Below, one piece after another: positions 34,138-46,386 of a DNA stretch of 64,000 nt. Position 1 is the stretch's first letter; every line of letters begins with the position of its first letter. Position numbers and translations under genes: made by a program. The notes under the pieces are model-generated. The model saw only the letters and a program-made list of their open reading frames with translations. It was not told where the DNA came from and did no database searches. The DNA is from Blepharisma stoltei ATCC 30299 (Eukaryota > Protista > Ciliophora): contig CBFDEM010000018.1 in NCBI GenBank assembly GCA_965603825.1, forward strand, positions 992,001 to 1,056,000, read 5' to 3'.

Positions 34138-35542
34138 TTATGAACTTTTTACTTTTAATATATTCCAAGCATTCTTTTCTTTATGATATATAAAGATACA
34201 ATGGCCTAAAAACCAAACCCCGCCGATTGCTATAAAAATAAACCCATAGGTATAATGACTAAAAACTTTGAGTGCAAAAAATGTGAAAGAGAAAGAAATC
34301 GAAATTTGTAATGAAGGAAATACATCTTGTATCAAAATATATGGGTAATACTTGAACAAGTTATAAAAGCTCAATAAAATCCTAAGAATCATGCTAAAAA
34401 TGTTAGCGTATATCATACCGATTGCTCCAAAATCTGAGAAAAATGCTGCAATAGCTAGATAAAATCTATAATAAAAATTACAAAGAAAATCCAAGCATCC
34501 AAACTTGTCTTTTATAAAGCTCTTTATCAGTTGATTTAGCTACAGCAATAGCTTCTGAAACCCCATTAATAGCCATTACTAAAATATACCAACAATATGC
34601 AGAGAGAGCAGAGCCAGCATCTGCTTCAATTCATTTTTTGTCATATAAAATCCTTATTAATAAATCAGAATAAATTGAGCCGTAAATCCCTGCAAAAAGC
34701 CCAACAATCCACATAACTTTTAGCACAGAACGAATTCCGTTCAATGCTTCTTCTTTTCCTAAATTTTTGGAAAATAAGGAATGAGTAATTTCTTCTATAG
34801 GAAGAAATAATAATCGGCACACTATTGACCCTAAATTAGAAACAAGTGCAAATACTCCTTGCTGGAGTTCTGGGAGTTTTAGAGCCATTATTACGATTTT
34901 TTCTCCTTCAGATAAAAAGAATTTTAGCACTGCAATCCCACAAAACGCAACTGCAGCTTTTTTGACAGGCTCTTCAACTGGCTGATTGAAATTAAAGCTA
35001 GGCCGCTCTGCACAACTTCATATATAAACCACTGTTACTGTAATTGAATAAGCAAGCTGGCCTATAGCAAATGCTAATAATCCATATCGTGCTAAAAATA
35101 TAATAACGATACATTTTATAATAAACCCTGACCCTTCTCCTAATAGTCTACCTTTTGTTTGTAAATTAATTAGCTCTAATATATGGAAAGGTTCTCCAAA
35201 AGCTTCTATCATGCTGGAAACTACAATAATTCCTATACAGGTAGAATTTCCTGACCAAACAAAAAACATAATTAGCCCAAATATTCAGCTTGAAAACGTT
35301 GATATTCACATAAGTTTATATGAAGGAGTGGTGCTTCGTTGGGCAGCTTTTCTGAAATTTTCTCTGGAAAAATGCAAAATCAGTGTGTTTAATAGCATTA
35401 ATTGGATATTCCCAGCCCCATATACTTCAGGCTCCATAACTCTCGCAATCAGAACATTCAATGTAAAGTTTGCTATTTTTAAAAGCAACTGAAGAATGAT
35501 AATTGTTTTTGCTGCTTTAAATGCTTGGAATAAATTAGTCAT
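34138..35542 (-). CDS. RFT1: RFT1 lipid-linked oligosaccharide translocation protein; 16-nt intron 34466-34481
   Basis: FSRENFRKA, LSEGEK, VSNLGSIVCRLLFLPIEE, AINGVSEA; TGA joins; the 16-nt intron restores frame. Confidence 0.9.
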
Positions 35543-35805
35543 TTTTAAGAAATTGTAAATGGAAATTACGTGTCAGGATTAAAATTATTTCTAATAGAAA
35601 CGGGTTTTGTTTAAATATTTTAATATTTAATTTAATAAAAATATCAAGCTTTGAAATGTTAATTATTTTTTATTTTTAAATAAATCATAAAATATTGATA
35701 TTTGGTTTAAATATTAGATTTCATATAGCTATTTCATATTAGCAAAGTTTTAAATTCATTTGAGACTCCATATTTCATATCGGTTATCTAACTTTAAATA
35801 AATAT

Positions 35806-37644
35806 ATGGACTCTTCCAAGCTTCCCAAGCTCCCAGGCTTCTCATTCAACGACCCAACCAAAACCAATTTTCATAAGCATCAAATGTTTGCTGTAAGAGA
35901 CGGCCACATGACAGAAAGCACAAAATTCCACCAAGAAAATGCTTCCCCGCAGCTTATTGACGAGCTCCGAAATTCTATGACGCAGCTCGCCTACAACACC
36001 TCTTCTGGCAAGCCAAAAACCCCTGACAACGTTGCAATTCCAAGAAATCCTCCAGCATGGATAAAATACGACCGCCAAGTCCTTCGCTTTAATGCGTATT
36101 TCCAAGAACCTGTCCATGAAAGCTCCACTGAAAATTTCCGCGTTCGTAAGTGTGTTATTATGTTTCATTTGGATGACGAAACCACTTATGTAACTGAGCC
36201 ACGTGTTGAGAACAGTGGGATTCCTCAAGGCGTTTTTATTAAAAAGCATAGAATTCCTAAAGGAGACGGAACCTATTTCACATGGCGAGATTTCGCATTA
36301 AAAACCAACGTAAACATGTATGGACGTGTCTTCAGAATTGTTGACTGTGACGAATTCACCAGAAACTTCTACGAAGAACAAGGCATTGATTTAGGCTCTG
36401 GAGAAGGCTTCCCTGATGATAGATTTGACATGACTAGGCTTATGGTGAATTTTAAACAACCTCCAGAAGATGCTATGGACGTTAAAGAATATAATGAAGT
36501 AAAACTAGGTGGTGGACATCCTAATAGAAATTTAAGAAGCTTTGTCGAAAATGACAGAAAAGTCCTAAGCTTCGACGTGATGTGGAATGATACTTCTTAT
36601 GATGGAGGAATCAAGTTTTATAAGATGAATTATTACTTGTTTGACCAGACTATGGAAATTAAAGAGCTTAGACAGGTAAATACAGGCAATGAAACTTTCC
36701 CAATGATGCTCAGAAGGATGAAGGTTCCAAAAGCACCAATACTAACCCCATGCCCAGCACTAGCACTTAGAAATGAAGAGTATTATATTCCTAATGATTT
36801 GGTGTTGGGGAATACCATACAAGTATATGGAAAAGACTTATTAGTTTGCGATTGTGATGAATACACCAAAAGATGGTACAGAGAAGAGCTTGGAATTGAA
36901 GTTAAGCCAGTCCATATTCCGCGTTCAAAAAACATTATGCCACCTAACCCAATTCCTCCCCACAACGGCTATGGTACAGAAGAAGATTCAATAGGAAACG
37001 TCCTAAGACTTCAGCCAAATGCTCCAAAACCTGACATGTATAAAATGTTCGACAACGACCAGCATATTCTTCGTTTTGAAGCCAAACTGGTCAGCTCAAA
37101 CCCTGAAGACGAACTAGGGAAATTTATTTTGTCATTTTACCCAGGTGACGACACCATCAAAGTCTATCAAGTTGTCGATAAAAATTCAGGAGTTGTCGGA
37201 GGAAAATTCCTTGAAAGGAGAAAATTCAAGAATCCATATAGCAATCAATACTACCAACAAAAAGACTGCGTAATAGGAAACACTTTGATATTGCAAGGGT
37301 ACAGATTTTTGCTGGTGCATTGTGATGAATATACGTTTACCTTTATGGAAGAGAGACCTAGCGAGTACCCACAGGCAAGTATTCCAATGATTTTGAGGAA
37401 AATTATGGGATTTTCAAGAAAATATGGGTCTCCTCAGGAATTTTTGGTTCTTGTGCTGAGAAATATTGATCCAAGCTTAGGAAAAAATGTGCAGTATAAG
37501 GTCTTTTTAGAGGCTCTTGAAAAGCTTGGAATTAAACTGACTTTGCAGGAGGAAGCATCATTGATCAGAAAATGGAATAAAGGAAGCCAGGGGCAATACA
37601 TCATAAATTTAGAAGAAGCATATAATGCATTGATAAACGCTTAA
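35806..37644 (+). CDS. EFHC1: EFHC1/EFHC2 (RIB72) axonemal protein with three DM10 domains
   Basis: DRQVLRF, NSGIPQG, DCDEFTR, PPHNGYGTEEDS, LRFEAKL, NSGVVGGKFLER. Confidence 0.92.
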   Translation: MDSSKLPKLPGFSFNDPTKTNFHKHQMFAVRDGHMTESTKFHQENASPQLIDELRNSMTQLAYNTSSGKPKTPDNVAIPRNPPAWIKYDRQVLRFNAYFQEPVHESSTENFRVRKCVIMFHLDDETTYVTEPRVENSGIPQGVFIKKHRIPKGDGTYFTWRDFALKTNVNMYGRVFRIVDCDEFTRNFYEEQGIDLGSGEGFPDDRFDMTRLMVNFKQPPEDAMDVKEYNEVKLGGGHPNRNLRSFVENDRKVLSFDVMWNDTSYDGGIKFYKMNYYLFDQTMEIKELRQVNTGNETFPMMLRRMKVPKAPILTPCPALALRNEEYYIPNDLVLGNTIQVYGKDLLVCDCDEYTKRWYREELGIEVKPVHIPRSKNIMPPNPIPPHNGYGTEEDSIGNVLRLQPNAPKPDMYKMFDNDQHILRFEAKLVSSNPEDELGKFILSFYPGDDTIKVYQVVDKNSGVVGGKFLERRKFKNPYSNQYYQQKDCVIGNTLILQGYRFLLVHCDEYTFTFMEERPSEYPQASIPMILRKIMGFSRKYGSPQEFLVLVLRNIDPSLGKNVQYKVFLEALEKLGIKLTLQEEASLIRKWNKGSQGQYIINLEEAYNALINA

Positions 37645-37884
37645 AGGCAAAGTAGGTTTGCTCTAATAAATGGATTTTAAGTTAATCAATCCGAATAAAT
37701 AAAATAAATATTAGGCTTCTGAATTCTTTTTATTCTGCTAAGCTAGCAAGCCTAAATTACAGAAAATAATAATTTCACCAAAAGATCAAATTTCACTAAT
37801 ATTTCCCCAAACGAAAATGAGGAGAAACTATTTAAAATTAAAATCTCATTTTCATAATAAATAACAAAATAATCACATTCCAGG

Positions 37885-39105
37885 ATGGAGCGCTATATGA
37901 AAAATACTCATACATTTGCTGAAGAAAGTTTAGTGAAAACTTCTTTATTAATTAAAGGTCTTGCAGGCGTAGTTTTTGTTGTGGTTATTCCACTAGAGCT
38001 TCTTGTAAGCTCAACACTGCGAGATTGGGGTGGGAGCTTAATTGAAGATATCCAAGAATATCGCACTCAAGCCTGAGATGATTTCTTTAAATATGTATCA
38101 TATATTGGCGACAGCTGGCTAATTATCGTTTTAGGTCCTGCGTTTTACAACTTTTTTGACACAAGAAAAGCAATTAAATTAATTATCATCTCATCATTTA
38201 CAGGATTTATTACTAGCTTTTTGCAGCTGCTTTTCCAAGAGCCCAGACCATTTTGAACAAGCAGTGATATTAGAGGAATTACTTGTGACTTAGGCTTTGC
38301 AGATCCATCTTTTCATATGATGATGGGAACAGTATTTTTCTTTACACTTGCAATAGAGTTTTTCCATAACTGGAGGGATATTTTTAGATATACTGCTTAT
38401 TTTCTTTTATTTTTAATACTATCCTTGGTTGGGTTCAGCAGAGTTTACCTTGGAGAACAATTTCCTCATCAAGTTGTTATGGGCTTATGCTACTCTTTTA
38501 TATATCTGACTGTAGTATTTGCGTTTGATAGGACACTTTTAGATTTGACGATAAAAAGCAGCTTCAATTATAAAGCGAACAGGAAATATATTGTATATTG
38601 GTTTGTAGGAACAATGTTTTTGCTTTTAGCATCAATCACTGTATTTGATATGATCACTTTAAACAACAGCGTCAGCTACACATGAATTAAAAATTCCACC
38701 AAGCATTGCAGCTTAAGCTACAAAGTAAGCGGCTCACAATCCTTTTACTACTCTGCATGAATATTCTATAACCTAGGCCTCGTCTCAAGCTCAATGCTTT
38801 CTGGAAAATACATTTCTATGTTTTGGTGGTGCACAGAATACTGAAAACGATGAATTCGGTTTTTTATTGCAGTTGCTACAAGTGTCGGGATTTATTTTGC
38901 ATTTAGTAATCAATAATTAGACCAAATCGATACATCTGACGTCACAACCACCTATGTGTGGCATTACGTTTTCCCTTATTTTCTAATGGCCACTGTATAT
39001 GGAGGAATCCTTCCATTGATTTTTGTAAAAATGCAGTTGGCAATGAAAATATCTCCTGCAGTAGACCAAGAAAATGAATTAATGACACTTAGCGAGATAG
39101 ATTAA
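37885..39105 (+). CDS. PAP2/glucose-6-phosphatase-like membrane protein (degenerate active site); 15-nt intron 38906-38920
   Basis: EPRPF-W, PSFH, SRVYLGEQFPHQV; continuous frame with TGA=Trp. Confidence 0.82.
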
Positions 39106-39107
39106 AA

Positions 39108-41291
39108 CTAAAAATTATTAGATAATGTTCTTAATTGATCTAAAATAGCTGTATATTTATCAGCTTTTCCTCCTCTCATTGTTTTCTTTATTTTTGAATT
39201 GATGTTCAATCCGCTGTGCCCAGTTACAGAAAGTCTTGGCATTGTGTTGGGGGTTTCAACTTCTTTCATTAATTCTTGAATTTGTTCATCAGCTTGTCGG
39301 AGCTGCTCTTTTATCTTTAAATAATTATTTTCTGAAATTTTTAATTTCTCTGTAAGTCTTTGAATTTTTTTCTCATGAATTCCTTTGTCGACTACTAAAG
39401 AAGATTTTTGATTTGTTAACTGACGATACATCATCGAAAGTTGAACCAATCTTCTTTCTAATATACAATTTTTCTTTCTTTCTTCTTGAACGTCAAAAGG
39501 CAACGAATTCTCCAAGGCTGTGTATCTTTCTTTGAAATCTTCAAATTCAATTTCAAGCTCGATCAATTGCCTTATTTTTGCATGCAAGTCTTTTGCAAGT
39601 TTTTTTCTTTCTTCAAGTAATGAATTTTCATTGAGATTTTCATTAATGGTGTAAATTAAATCTACTTGGTTTAAAGATTCATGATATTTGGTAATGACTG
39701 CTATTTCTTTTTGCTCTTTTTCTATCTTGCTTTGAGATCTTGGAGCATATTCATATCTTTGTTTCAAAAAATCGATTTCTGCTTCTTTTTCTACCAATCT
39801 ATTCTCAAGGAACTCTTTTGTCCCATTTATATTAGTAAATTCTGACTGTATTGATTCCAGGGTTATTTTCAGCTTTTCAATAATTTCATCTTTTTCTTTT
39901 GATTCTTTTTCAAAATCAGATGCTTCTTTATACTGTGTCTTGAGTTTTTCATAGTCATTTCTTACTTTTACAAATTCCAGCTGCAGCTGTGTAAGGGTGT
40001 CCTTAATTTTTGAATTTTCTTCTACTTCATTTGAAAGGATTTCTCTAGTTTCCTCAAGTTCTTGTATAAGGTCAGCATACTCAGTCCTTGTATCACTTTC
40101 GAATAGTCCACTATCATCAATAGTTGTAGACTGAGAAATTGATAGTCCAGCCCTCATTAGTGTTTCTTCTAATTTTTTGATTTTCATGTCTTTTTTCTTT
40201 ATTTCTTCTTTAGCTTCAGCTAGTAATAGTTTCAGCTCACCAACAGTAAATTCTTTATTAATTTTTGGAGTATTGGAAATTAGCTTTGCCCTGATCCCAA
40301 ATCTTAACGAACTGATAGTTTCATCTTCGTTATATAAAGAAGGTGAACAAGTTATAATGACAGAGGTTAGCGAATTTCCTCCTAAAGAATCTTGAAGTAT
40401 CCATGTTAATTTGGAGTCTCTGTATGGGATATGCCCTTTTGCGCCTTTTGATAAAGAGTTTATTACAAGTCCAAGCGCTGTTAATGATTTATTGATTTTT
40501 TTGGCTTCTTCTAGTCTTGTTCCTTCTGCTCCTGTTTTAGAAACTTTTTCTGATCCTGCTAAATCAATTAAATGGAGCTTACCTGATTTTTGTGATAAAT
40601 CAACTGTGTTTGTCTGGGAAACTGTTAAGGTAAAAATCGAGTGGGATCGGGAAGAACGTTCATTCATTCTTGTAAATCCTACAACTCGATTGCTGTTTCC
40701 ATATTCTAGTAGCTCATAAACTTCTTCTCCAGAAGATACATATACTTCTGTTAGCCCTTCAAGATATACGCCCCTCGCTTTGTCTTCTCTTATTTTTAGC
40801 TTTCCTTTGTTTTCATTTAATAAATCTTTTACATCTTCCATATATAATTCACAATAAGAGACTTTTACGCTAAACTCAACTGAAGATTCTGAATTATCAA
40901 TTTCAGAAAAAACTGTTGATATTGTGCGAGGAATTATTCCCACATGATCACTGCTATCTAAGCTAGGTCCCATCATTGTATAGGTTTTCCCTGATGCAGT
41001 CTGCCCATAAGCGAAAATAGTTCCATTAAATCCGTGCATTACAGAGTCTACTATTGGTTTTGCTGATAATTCATAAACTAATTCTTGAGAAGACTCTGAA
41101 GCGAAAGCGTGATCATAGTTAAAAATCTGAGTGTCTGCTCCTTGCTTTGAGGGTTGGATAATTATAGATTTGCAATCTGAAGAGATATCTATAAATTTTG
41201 TTTGAAAAATCTGTGCTTCATTAGTGCTTAGAGGTCTGAATCTGCAAAAAACTCTAACATTATTTGGATTTGTATCTCGAGAAGTTTCCAT
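39108..41291 (-). CDS. Kinesin (kinesin-1 heavy-chain-like)
   Basis: VRVFCRFRP, GQTASGKT, SSRSH, DLAGSE, HIPYRDSKLT, coiled-coil stalk. Confidence 0.93.
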   Translation of the reverse strand: METSRDTNPNNVRVFCRFRPLSTNEAQIFQTKFIDISSDCKSIIIQPSKQGADTQIFNYDHAFASESSQELVYELSAKPIVDSVMHGFNGTIFAYGQTASGKTYTMMGPSLDSSDHVGIIPRTISTVFSEIDNSESSVEFSVKVSYCELYMEDVKDLLNENKGKLKIREDKARGVYLEGLTEVYVSSGEEVYELLEYGNSNRVVGFTRMNERSSRSHSIFTLTVSQTNTVDLSQKSGKLHLIDLAGSEKVSKTGAEGTRLEEAKKINKSLTALGLVINSLSKGAKGHIPYRDSKLTWILQDSLGGNSLTSVIITCSPSLYNEDETISSLRFGIRAKLISNTPKINKEFTVGELKLLLAEAKEEIKKKDMKIKKLEETLMRAGLSISQSTTIDDSGLFESDTRTEYADLIQELEETREILSNEVEENSKIKDTLTQLQLEFVKVRNDYEKLKTQYKEASDFEKESKEKDEIIEKLKITLESIQSEFTNINGTKEFLENRLVEKEAEIDFLKQRYEYAPRSQSKIEKEQKEIAVITKYHESLNQVDLIYTINENLNENSLLEERKKLAKDLHAKIRQLIELEIEFEDFKERYTALENSLPFDVQEERKKNCILERRLVQLSMMYRQLTNQKSSLVVDKGIHEKKIQRLTEKLKISENNYLKIKEQLRQADEQIQELMKEVETPNTMPRLSVTGHSGLNINSKIKKTMRGGKADKYTAILDQLRTLSNNF

Positions 41292-41378
41292 TGTTTAAGG
41301 TATTATTTCAACACCTTTTGGTAATAGTTGAAATAATTGAAAAATATGGAATTAAAATTTGTAAGCTAAGAAATTAAT

Positions 41379-43181
41379 TTAGTCTTCCAATGAGAAATAT
41401 CTTCCAGCCACTTTTTGTTCTCTATCTTTTTGTGAGTTTAATTTATTGATTCTTGGTCTGAAGTTGAGTGGGTCTCTTCTAAATGTAATTTCCAGTTCTG
41501 ATAAAAATCTGTTCATCCCTCCTACAAGTCCTTCAGGGCTTTTAGCAGTACAATCGACTGAGGGTGTTCCTTCGTATACGACGACTCTGTCAGCTAAATA
41601 AGTTGCCATAATGAAATCATGCTCAACAATAAAGGCAGTTTTCTTATTATTAAGAATAAATCTCTTGATAACTTTAGCAGTAATAATTCTTTGTTCTGAA
41701 TCCAAATAAGCTGAAGGCTCATCAATCAAATAAATATTTGCTGGCTTTCCAAGCGCCAAAACAATAGCAACTCTTTGTAATTCTCCACCAGAAAGCTGGC
41801 TTAATTCTTGATCAATAATTGGCTCAATTTGCATTGGTCTTACAACGTCTGACTGAAACTGAGGGTTATTGTATATGTCTCTGATTTTTTTATGGAAAAG
41901 GCCTCTTACAGTTCCTTTGAAATGAGCAGTAATGACTTGTGGCTTGTAAGAAACTGCAAGCTCTGGGACCTGGGTGCCTTCATCTGGGGTCAGTTTTCCA
42001 GCCAGCATCTTAATAAAGGTAGTTTTTCCAGTACCATTTTGCCCAAGCATAACAATGATTTCTGAGTTGCTGAATTCTCCTGGCTCAATTGCCAGCCTGA
42101 ACCCTTCAAAGCGTTTTACCATGTTTCCATACTCATAATGGGAAGTTCTCGATTCTGTTATAAACTCATCAGCAGCTTCAGAAAGCTTGAAATTCATAGA
42201 AGTCTCTCTAAAGCGCAAGTTTTCTGTCGGGACAAAGCCTTCTAAGAATACATTGATCCCTTCTCTGACTCCAAAAGGCAAGGTGACAACTCCATAAGCA
42301 GCTGGTTCTCCCCACAAGCAGCAAATAAAGTCACTCAAGTAGTCAAGAATAGCTAAATCGTGCTCTACACAAATTACATAGTTGTTCGAAGCTAATAAAC
42401 TTCTGATTGTAGTTGCTGCTTTCATACGTTGCTTCACATCAAGATATGATGAAGGCTCATCAAACATATACACATCACTATTCTGGATCGCCACCACACA
42501 AATTGCAAATCTTTGCAGCTCACCCCCTGATAATGCTGACACTTCTTTGTCAAGCAGAGGACCCATGTCTAATTCTTGGATCAAGCTGTCTAAAATTCCT
42601 TTCTGATCCTTAGTCCTCAGGACATTTCCTACCAGTCCTTTGACAGCTTTTGGGATATAATCAACATATTGTGGCTTGATTGTGGCTTTTAAGTTTTCTT
42701 CTAAAATCCTGGTAAAGTAATTTTGCAGTTCTGAGCCTCTGAAATAGACCAAAATTTCGTTCCAGTCAGGAAGGTCGTTGTAGCGACCTAAATTAGGTTT
42801 AAGCTTGCCTGAAAGGATTTTGAGGGCTGTGGATTTTCCGGTACCATTCGACCCAACTAGTCCAAGGACTTCGCCGGCTCTTGGCATTGGCAGTCTGTGG
42901 AGCTTGAACATATTGTTGCCGTATCGATGGGTTGTTTCTTTTTCTAAGTCTCTTGGAAGATTGATGATCGTGATTGCACTGAATGGGCACCGTTTAACGC
43001 AGAGAGCACAACCAATGCAGAGTTCTTCACTGATGTTGGCAATTTTGGAGGTTTTTTCGACGTCGATGCAGAGTTTTTTCGCTTTGTTGATGGGGCAAAC
43101 TTTTTTGCATTCGAGAGCACACCTGTTCGGCTTGCATTTGTCTTTGTTGACAATGGCAATACGAGTAAGGGTTTCCTCCAT
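41379..43181 (-). CDS. ABCE1: ABCE1/RLI1 ribosome recycling ATPase
   Basis: N-terminal FeS Cys cluster, two NBDs with [20 protein letters not shown]. Confidence 0.98.
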   Translation of the reverse strand: MEETLTRIAIVNKDKCKPNRCALECKKVCPINKAKKLCIDVEKTSKIANISEELCIGCALCVKRCPFSAITIINLPRDLEKETTHRYGNNMFKLHRLPMPRAGEVLGLVGSNGTGKSTALKILSGKLKPNLGRYNDLPDWNEILVYFRGSELQNYFTRILEENLKATIKPQYVDYIPKAVKGLVGNVLRTKDQKGILDSLIQELDMGPLLDKEVSALSGGELQRFAICVVAIQNSDVYMFDEPSSYLDVKQRMKAATTIRSLLASNNYVICVEHDLAILDYLSDFICCLWGEPAAYGVVTLPFGVREGINVFLEGFVPTENLRFRETSMNFKLSEAADEFITESRTSHYEYGNMVKRFEGFRLAIEPGEFSNSEIIVMLGQNGTGKTTFIKMLAGKLTPDEGTQVPELAVSYKPQVITAHFKGTVRGLFHKKIRDIYNNPQFQSDVVRPMQIEPIIDQELSQLSGGELQRVAIVLALGKPANIYLIDEPSAYLDSEQRIITAKVIKRFILNNKKTAFIVEHDFIMATYLADRVVVYEGTPSVDCTAKSPEGLVGGMNRFLSELEITFRRDPLNFRPRINKLNSQKDREQKVAGRYFSLED

Positions 43182-43520
43182 TTATTTACAAGAATGGGAT
43201 GATATAGATCATTATGATTTAGAATTCGGATTTGAGAATTTTCTTTGCCCGGTATTGGAATACTATATTTTCATTTATTAATTAATATAGAGAATGACTA
43301 CTTAGAAATCTATATTAGGATTAAATAGATGCAATATTAAATAAATTTTATTTTAAAAAGACATTTGACTATTCAGATAATAAAATTGATAAAAGATATC
43401 AATGATGTTTAGAATCATTAATTAGGAAATAAATCAATAAATAGACAGATCTTGTGAAAATTGCTATTTATAAGTAATATTTGATATTCTTTAACTAATT
43501 TTTATTATGTTTTAATATAA

Positions 43521-44843
43521 ATGGAAAACCCACGAAAAAGACAAAAACTCGATGAATCTCAAGATGAAGGATTATCTAATCGAGAAACACAAGAGGAAAA
43601 ACATAAAGAGCCTATGAAAATTTCAATGGACGAAAAGGGTAGACTAATTGATGAAAAAGGTAGATTTATCGATGTTGATTATAAATCGAAATTTTCATTT
43701 GACGTGAATGCTCAAAAATACGCCCAAAAGCAAAAAAAAATTGAAAAAAGATATGCCCAGCTTCCTAAAAATACACATTCAGTAAAGCCCAGAGGATTTT
43801 TCTTTGACCAAAACTTGCCAAAACAAAAAAAGGATGAAAAGAGATTACGAGCTTTTATGTTTGGCGATAATGAAGCCCCGCTACTTCTACGAGCCAATTT
43901 AATCCCAGAAATAGAATGATGGGATCAGCCTTTGCTTGACTCCCCTAATTATGTCAAAAATATTGATTCTATACGACCTCAAATTGCTGAAGAGTTAAAA
44001 AACGTTCCAAAATTCGAGGCTCAAAACAAAATCCAAGAAATATTTTTAAAATCTGGCATAGAAAAAATGCCTTATATAGCTTCAGCTGTTACAGATAAAA
44101 TTTTAAACCCGGATTTGCCTGCACCAGACCCAGTTAATGCGACATCTCATAATATAACAATGCATTTGACTGAAAAAGAAAGGAAAAAGCTTAAAAGATT
44201 GAAGAAAGCAGAAAGGTTAAACCAAATAAGGGAAGAAATAAAGCTAGGATTAAGAGAAGCACCACCAGACAATATAAAACTAAGCACTGTCATGAAGCTT
44301 ATGTCAAAAGAAATTTCTCAAGATCCAACGAAAACTGAGCAAGATATAATGGAAAAATACAACCAAAAATTGCAAAGGCATATGGAAAGAAATGAAGAGA
44401 GAAAATTATCAAAGGAAGAAAAATTAGAAAGGACGCTAAGAAAATTAAGAAGAGACAGCGCGAGAGAAAGAAGAACTGCGCTATTTAGAATTCCTAGGGT
44501 AACCTCAAATAAAACAAAATTCAAAATATCAAAAAATGCAAGGCAGCTTGAGCTTGTAGGATTTTGCTTAGTTTTACCTGAGCCACTCCCATCTTTGATT
44601 ATTGTTGAAGGAGGCAAAAGAGCAATCAAGTTCTATAAACGATTATGCTTACATAGAATAGATTGAACAATTGAGAAAGGATCATGCGACTTAGTCTGGG
44701 AAGCTGAAATCAAAGATCCAAGCTTTTTCAAATTTAAGCTTCTTGAGCTGAAAACTGAAAGTGAAGCTAGAAGGATTTTAGGAGCCAAAGGGCTAGCAAA
44801 CTATTGGGATCTGGTGAAAACGTGGAAAAAACCAGAGGATTAA
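43521..44843 (+). CDS. PRP3: U4/U6 snRNP protein Prp3
   Basis: PEIE-W-WD, MHLTEKERKKL, IIVEGG.RAIKFYKRL..HRID-W, CDLVWE. Confidence 0.9.
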
Positions 44844-44960
44844 CTAATTTATTTGAATGCTTTATCAATTAGCTCCTTTTGGTAAAAATTTAATTTTTAA
44901 ATAATATCTTAAAAATATTCATAATAAATATTAATTCATTTTATAATTTCTAGGATCTGT

Positions 44961-46349
44961 TTAAAGCTCTTCTAATGTATTTGACATCTTTTTTAGTGTG
45001 CTTTCAAAAAGTGAGCAGCCACTAGAATACCTTCTGATGCATTCTTCTAATTCTTTCATTTTGTCTGATACTTTTACTTCACTACTCCCCAATATTTTCT
45101 GGAATTTATTCATTAAATCATTATCATCAGGGGTGTTTGGGTCTACAAAATTCAGCTGATAGTTATCTTCTTTATTTGTTTTTTTTATAACAAACTTTTT
45201 TATCACATAATGCATAGAAATACTCAAAAATATGCCAACCCCCAACACTGCCCACAACCCTCCGACTTCAGTCAAATTGATTGGCATTGTTTCTGTATCA
45301 TAGCACGGATCTCCATTTGCTTCTAAAAAATAAAAATTCTCTAATGCTTTGCTTTCATAATTTTCTGTCAGCATCTGTAAAACACGATTCAGTTTTGCAA
45401 ACATTTCAGCATCAAAATCATCTCTAAATATCATTGTATAATAGTCATTTGCAAATATATTCCCAACAATCGCTAACTCACAGTCCTGTGAAGCAAGATA
45501 AATTGCTAGTGGCTTTGGCAAGGCAACCGCATCTAGATTTCCATTTTTAAGATCACTTAACATATTTTTGCCTTCAGTTGCATCATTATTATAACTTTTC
45601 GAATCTGCTTTAAAATAATTCAGAATTGATGCGTCCTTAGTGAAACAGCCTACTTTTTCTCCTGATAAGTCTTGGTAACTTTTTATTGTGGTGTATTTTA
45701 ATGATATTGACAGCCTTGTTGCTAAGTCAGCAGCATAAGCTGCTAATAAAATATAAGAAATCAGCCAATAAGACAGCTGAAAAAGCCTTCCTGGGATTGT
45801 TTTGATTTTTCGGTCACTTGCAAGGAATAAAGAAGCATAGGTTTGTCATAAAGCTTGCAAAATCCCATCAGGATATGCAAAAGAAATTGCTCCTTTATCA
45901 GATCGTTCTAAAATTCATAGCACATGTGCTACAAAAACGCCTGAAAATATCCAGCAAATTCATAGAGTATAATCAAAAGGCTCTAAAAATAGTCACAGAA
46001 GATTTCGAGTTTCTTTATTTACAATAAGAACTAACCCAGAATCAATTGTAGGGATTGATAGTGTAAATGAATCATATAAATCACTTGTTATAGAAATTCC
46101 TCCTATAGCAAAATCAGCTTCCTTGTTCTTAACTTTGTTTATCATGTCATCATATGATTCGCATTCAACAGTGTAGTCATCACTTATATTAAGGTCTTCA
46201 GCCATTAATTCTAGCAAGGCTAGAGCATATCCTGAAAAAGTTGTGGAGTTGGCTCCTATTTCACAATTTACAATTGGAGCTCATGGACTTGTAACTACTT
46301 TGTAGCAGGCAACACTAGAAAGAATTCCTAAAAAATGCAAAAACATCAT
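44961..46349 (-). CDS. Ionotropic glutamate receptor-like channel lacking the amino-terminal domain, 462 aa
   Basis: Signal peptide, S1 (ADFAIGGISIT), FLEPFDYTL-W M1, M3 AAYAADLA, S2, M4 (EVGGLWAVL); frames joined by TGA. Confidence 0.85.
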
Positions 46350-46386
46350 TTCTAAATATTATAGCCGAGCTCTTTTTAAATATTAA

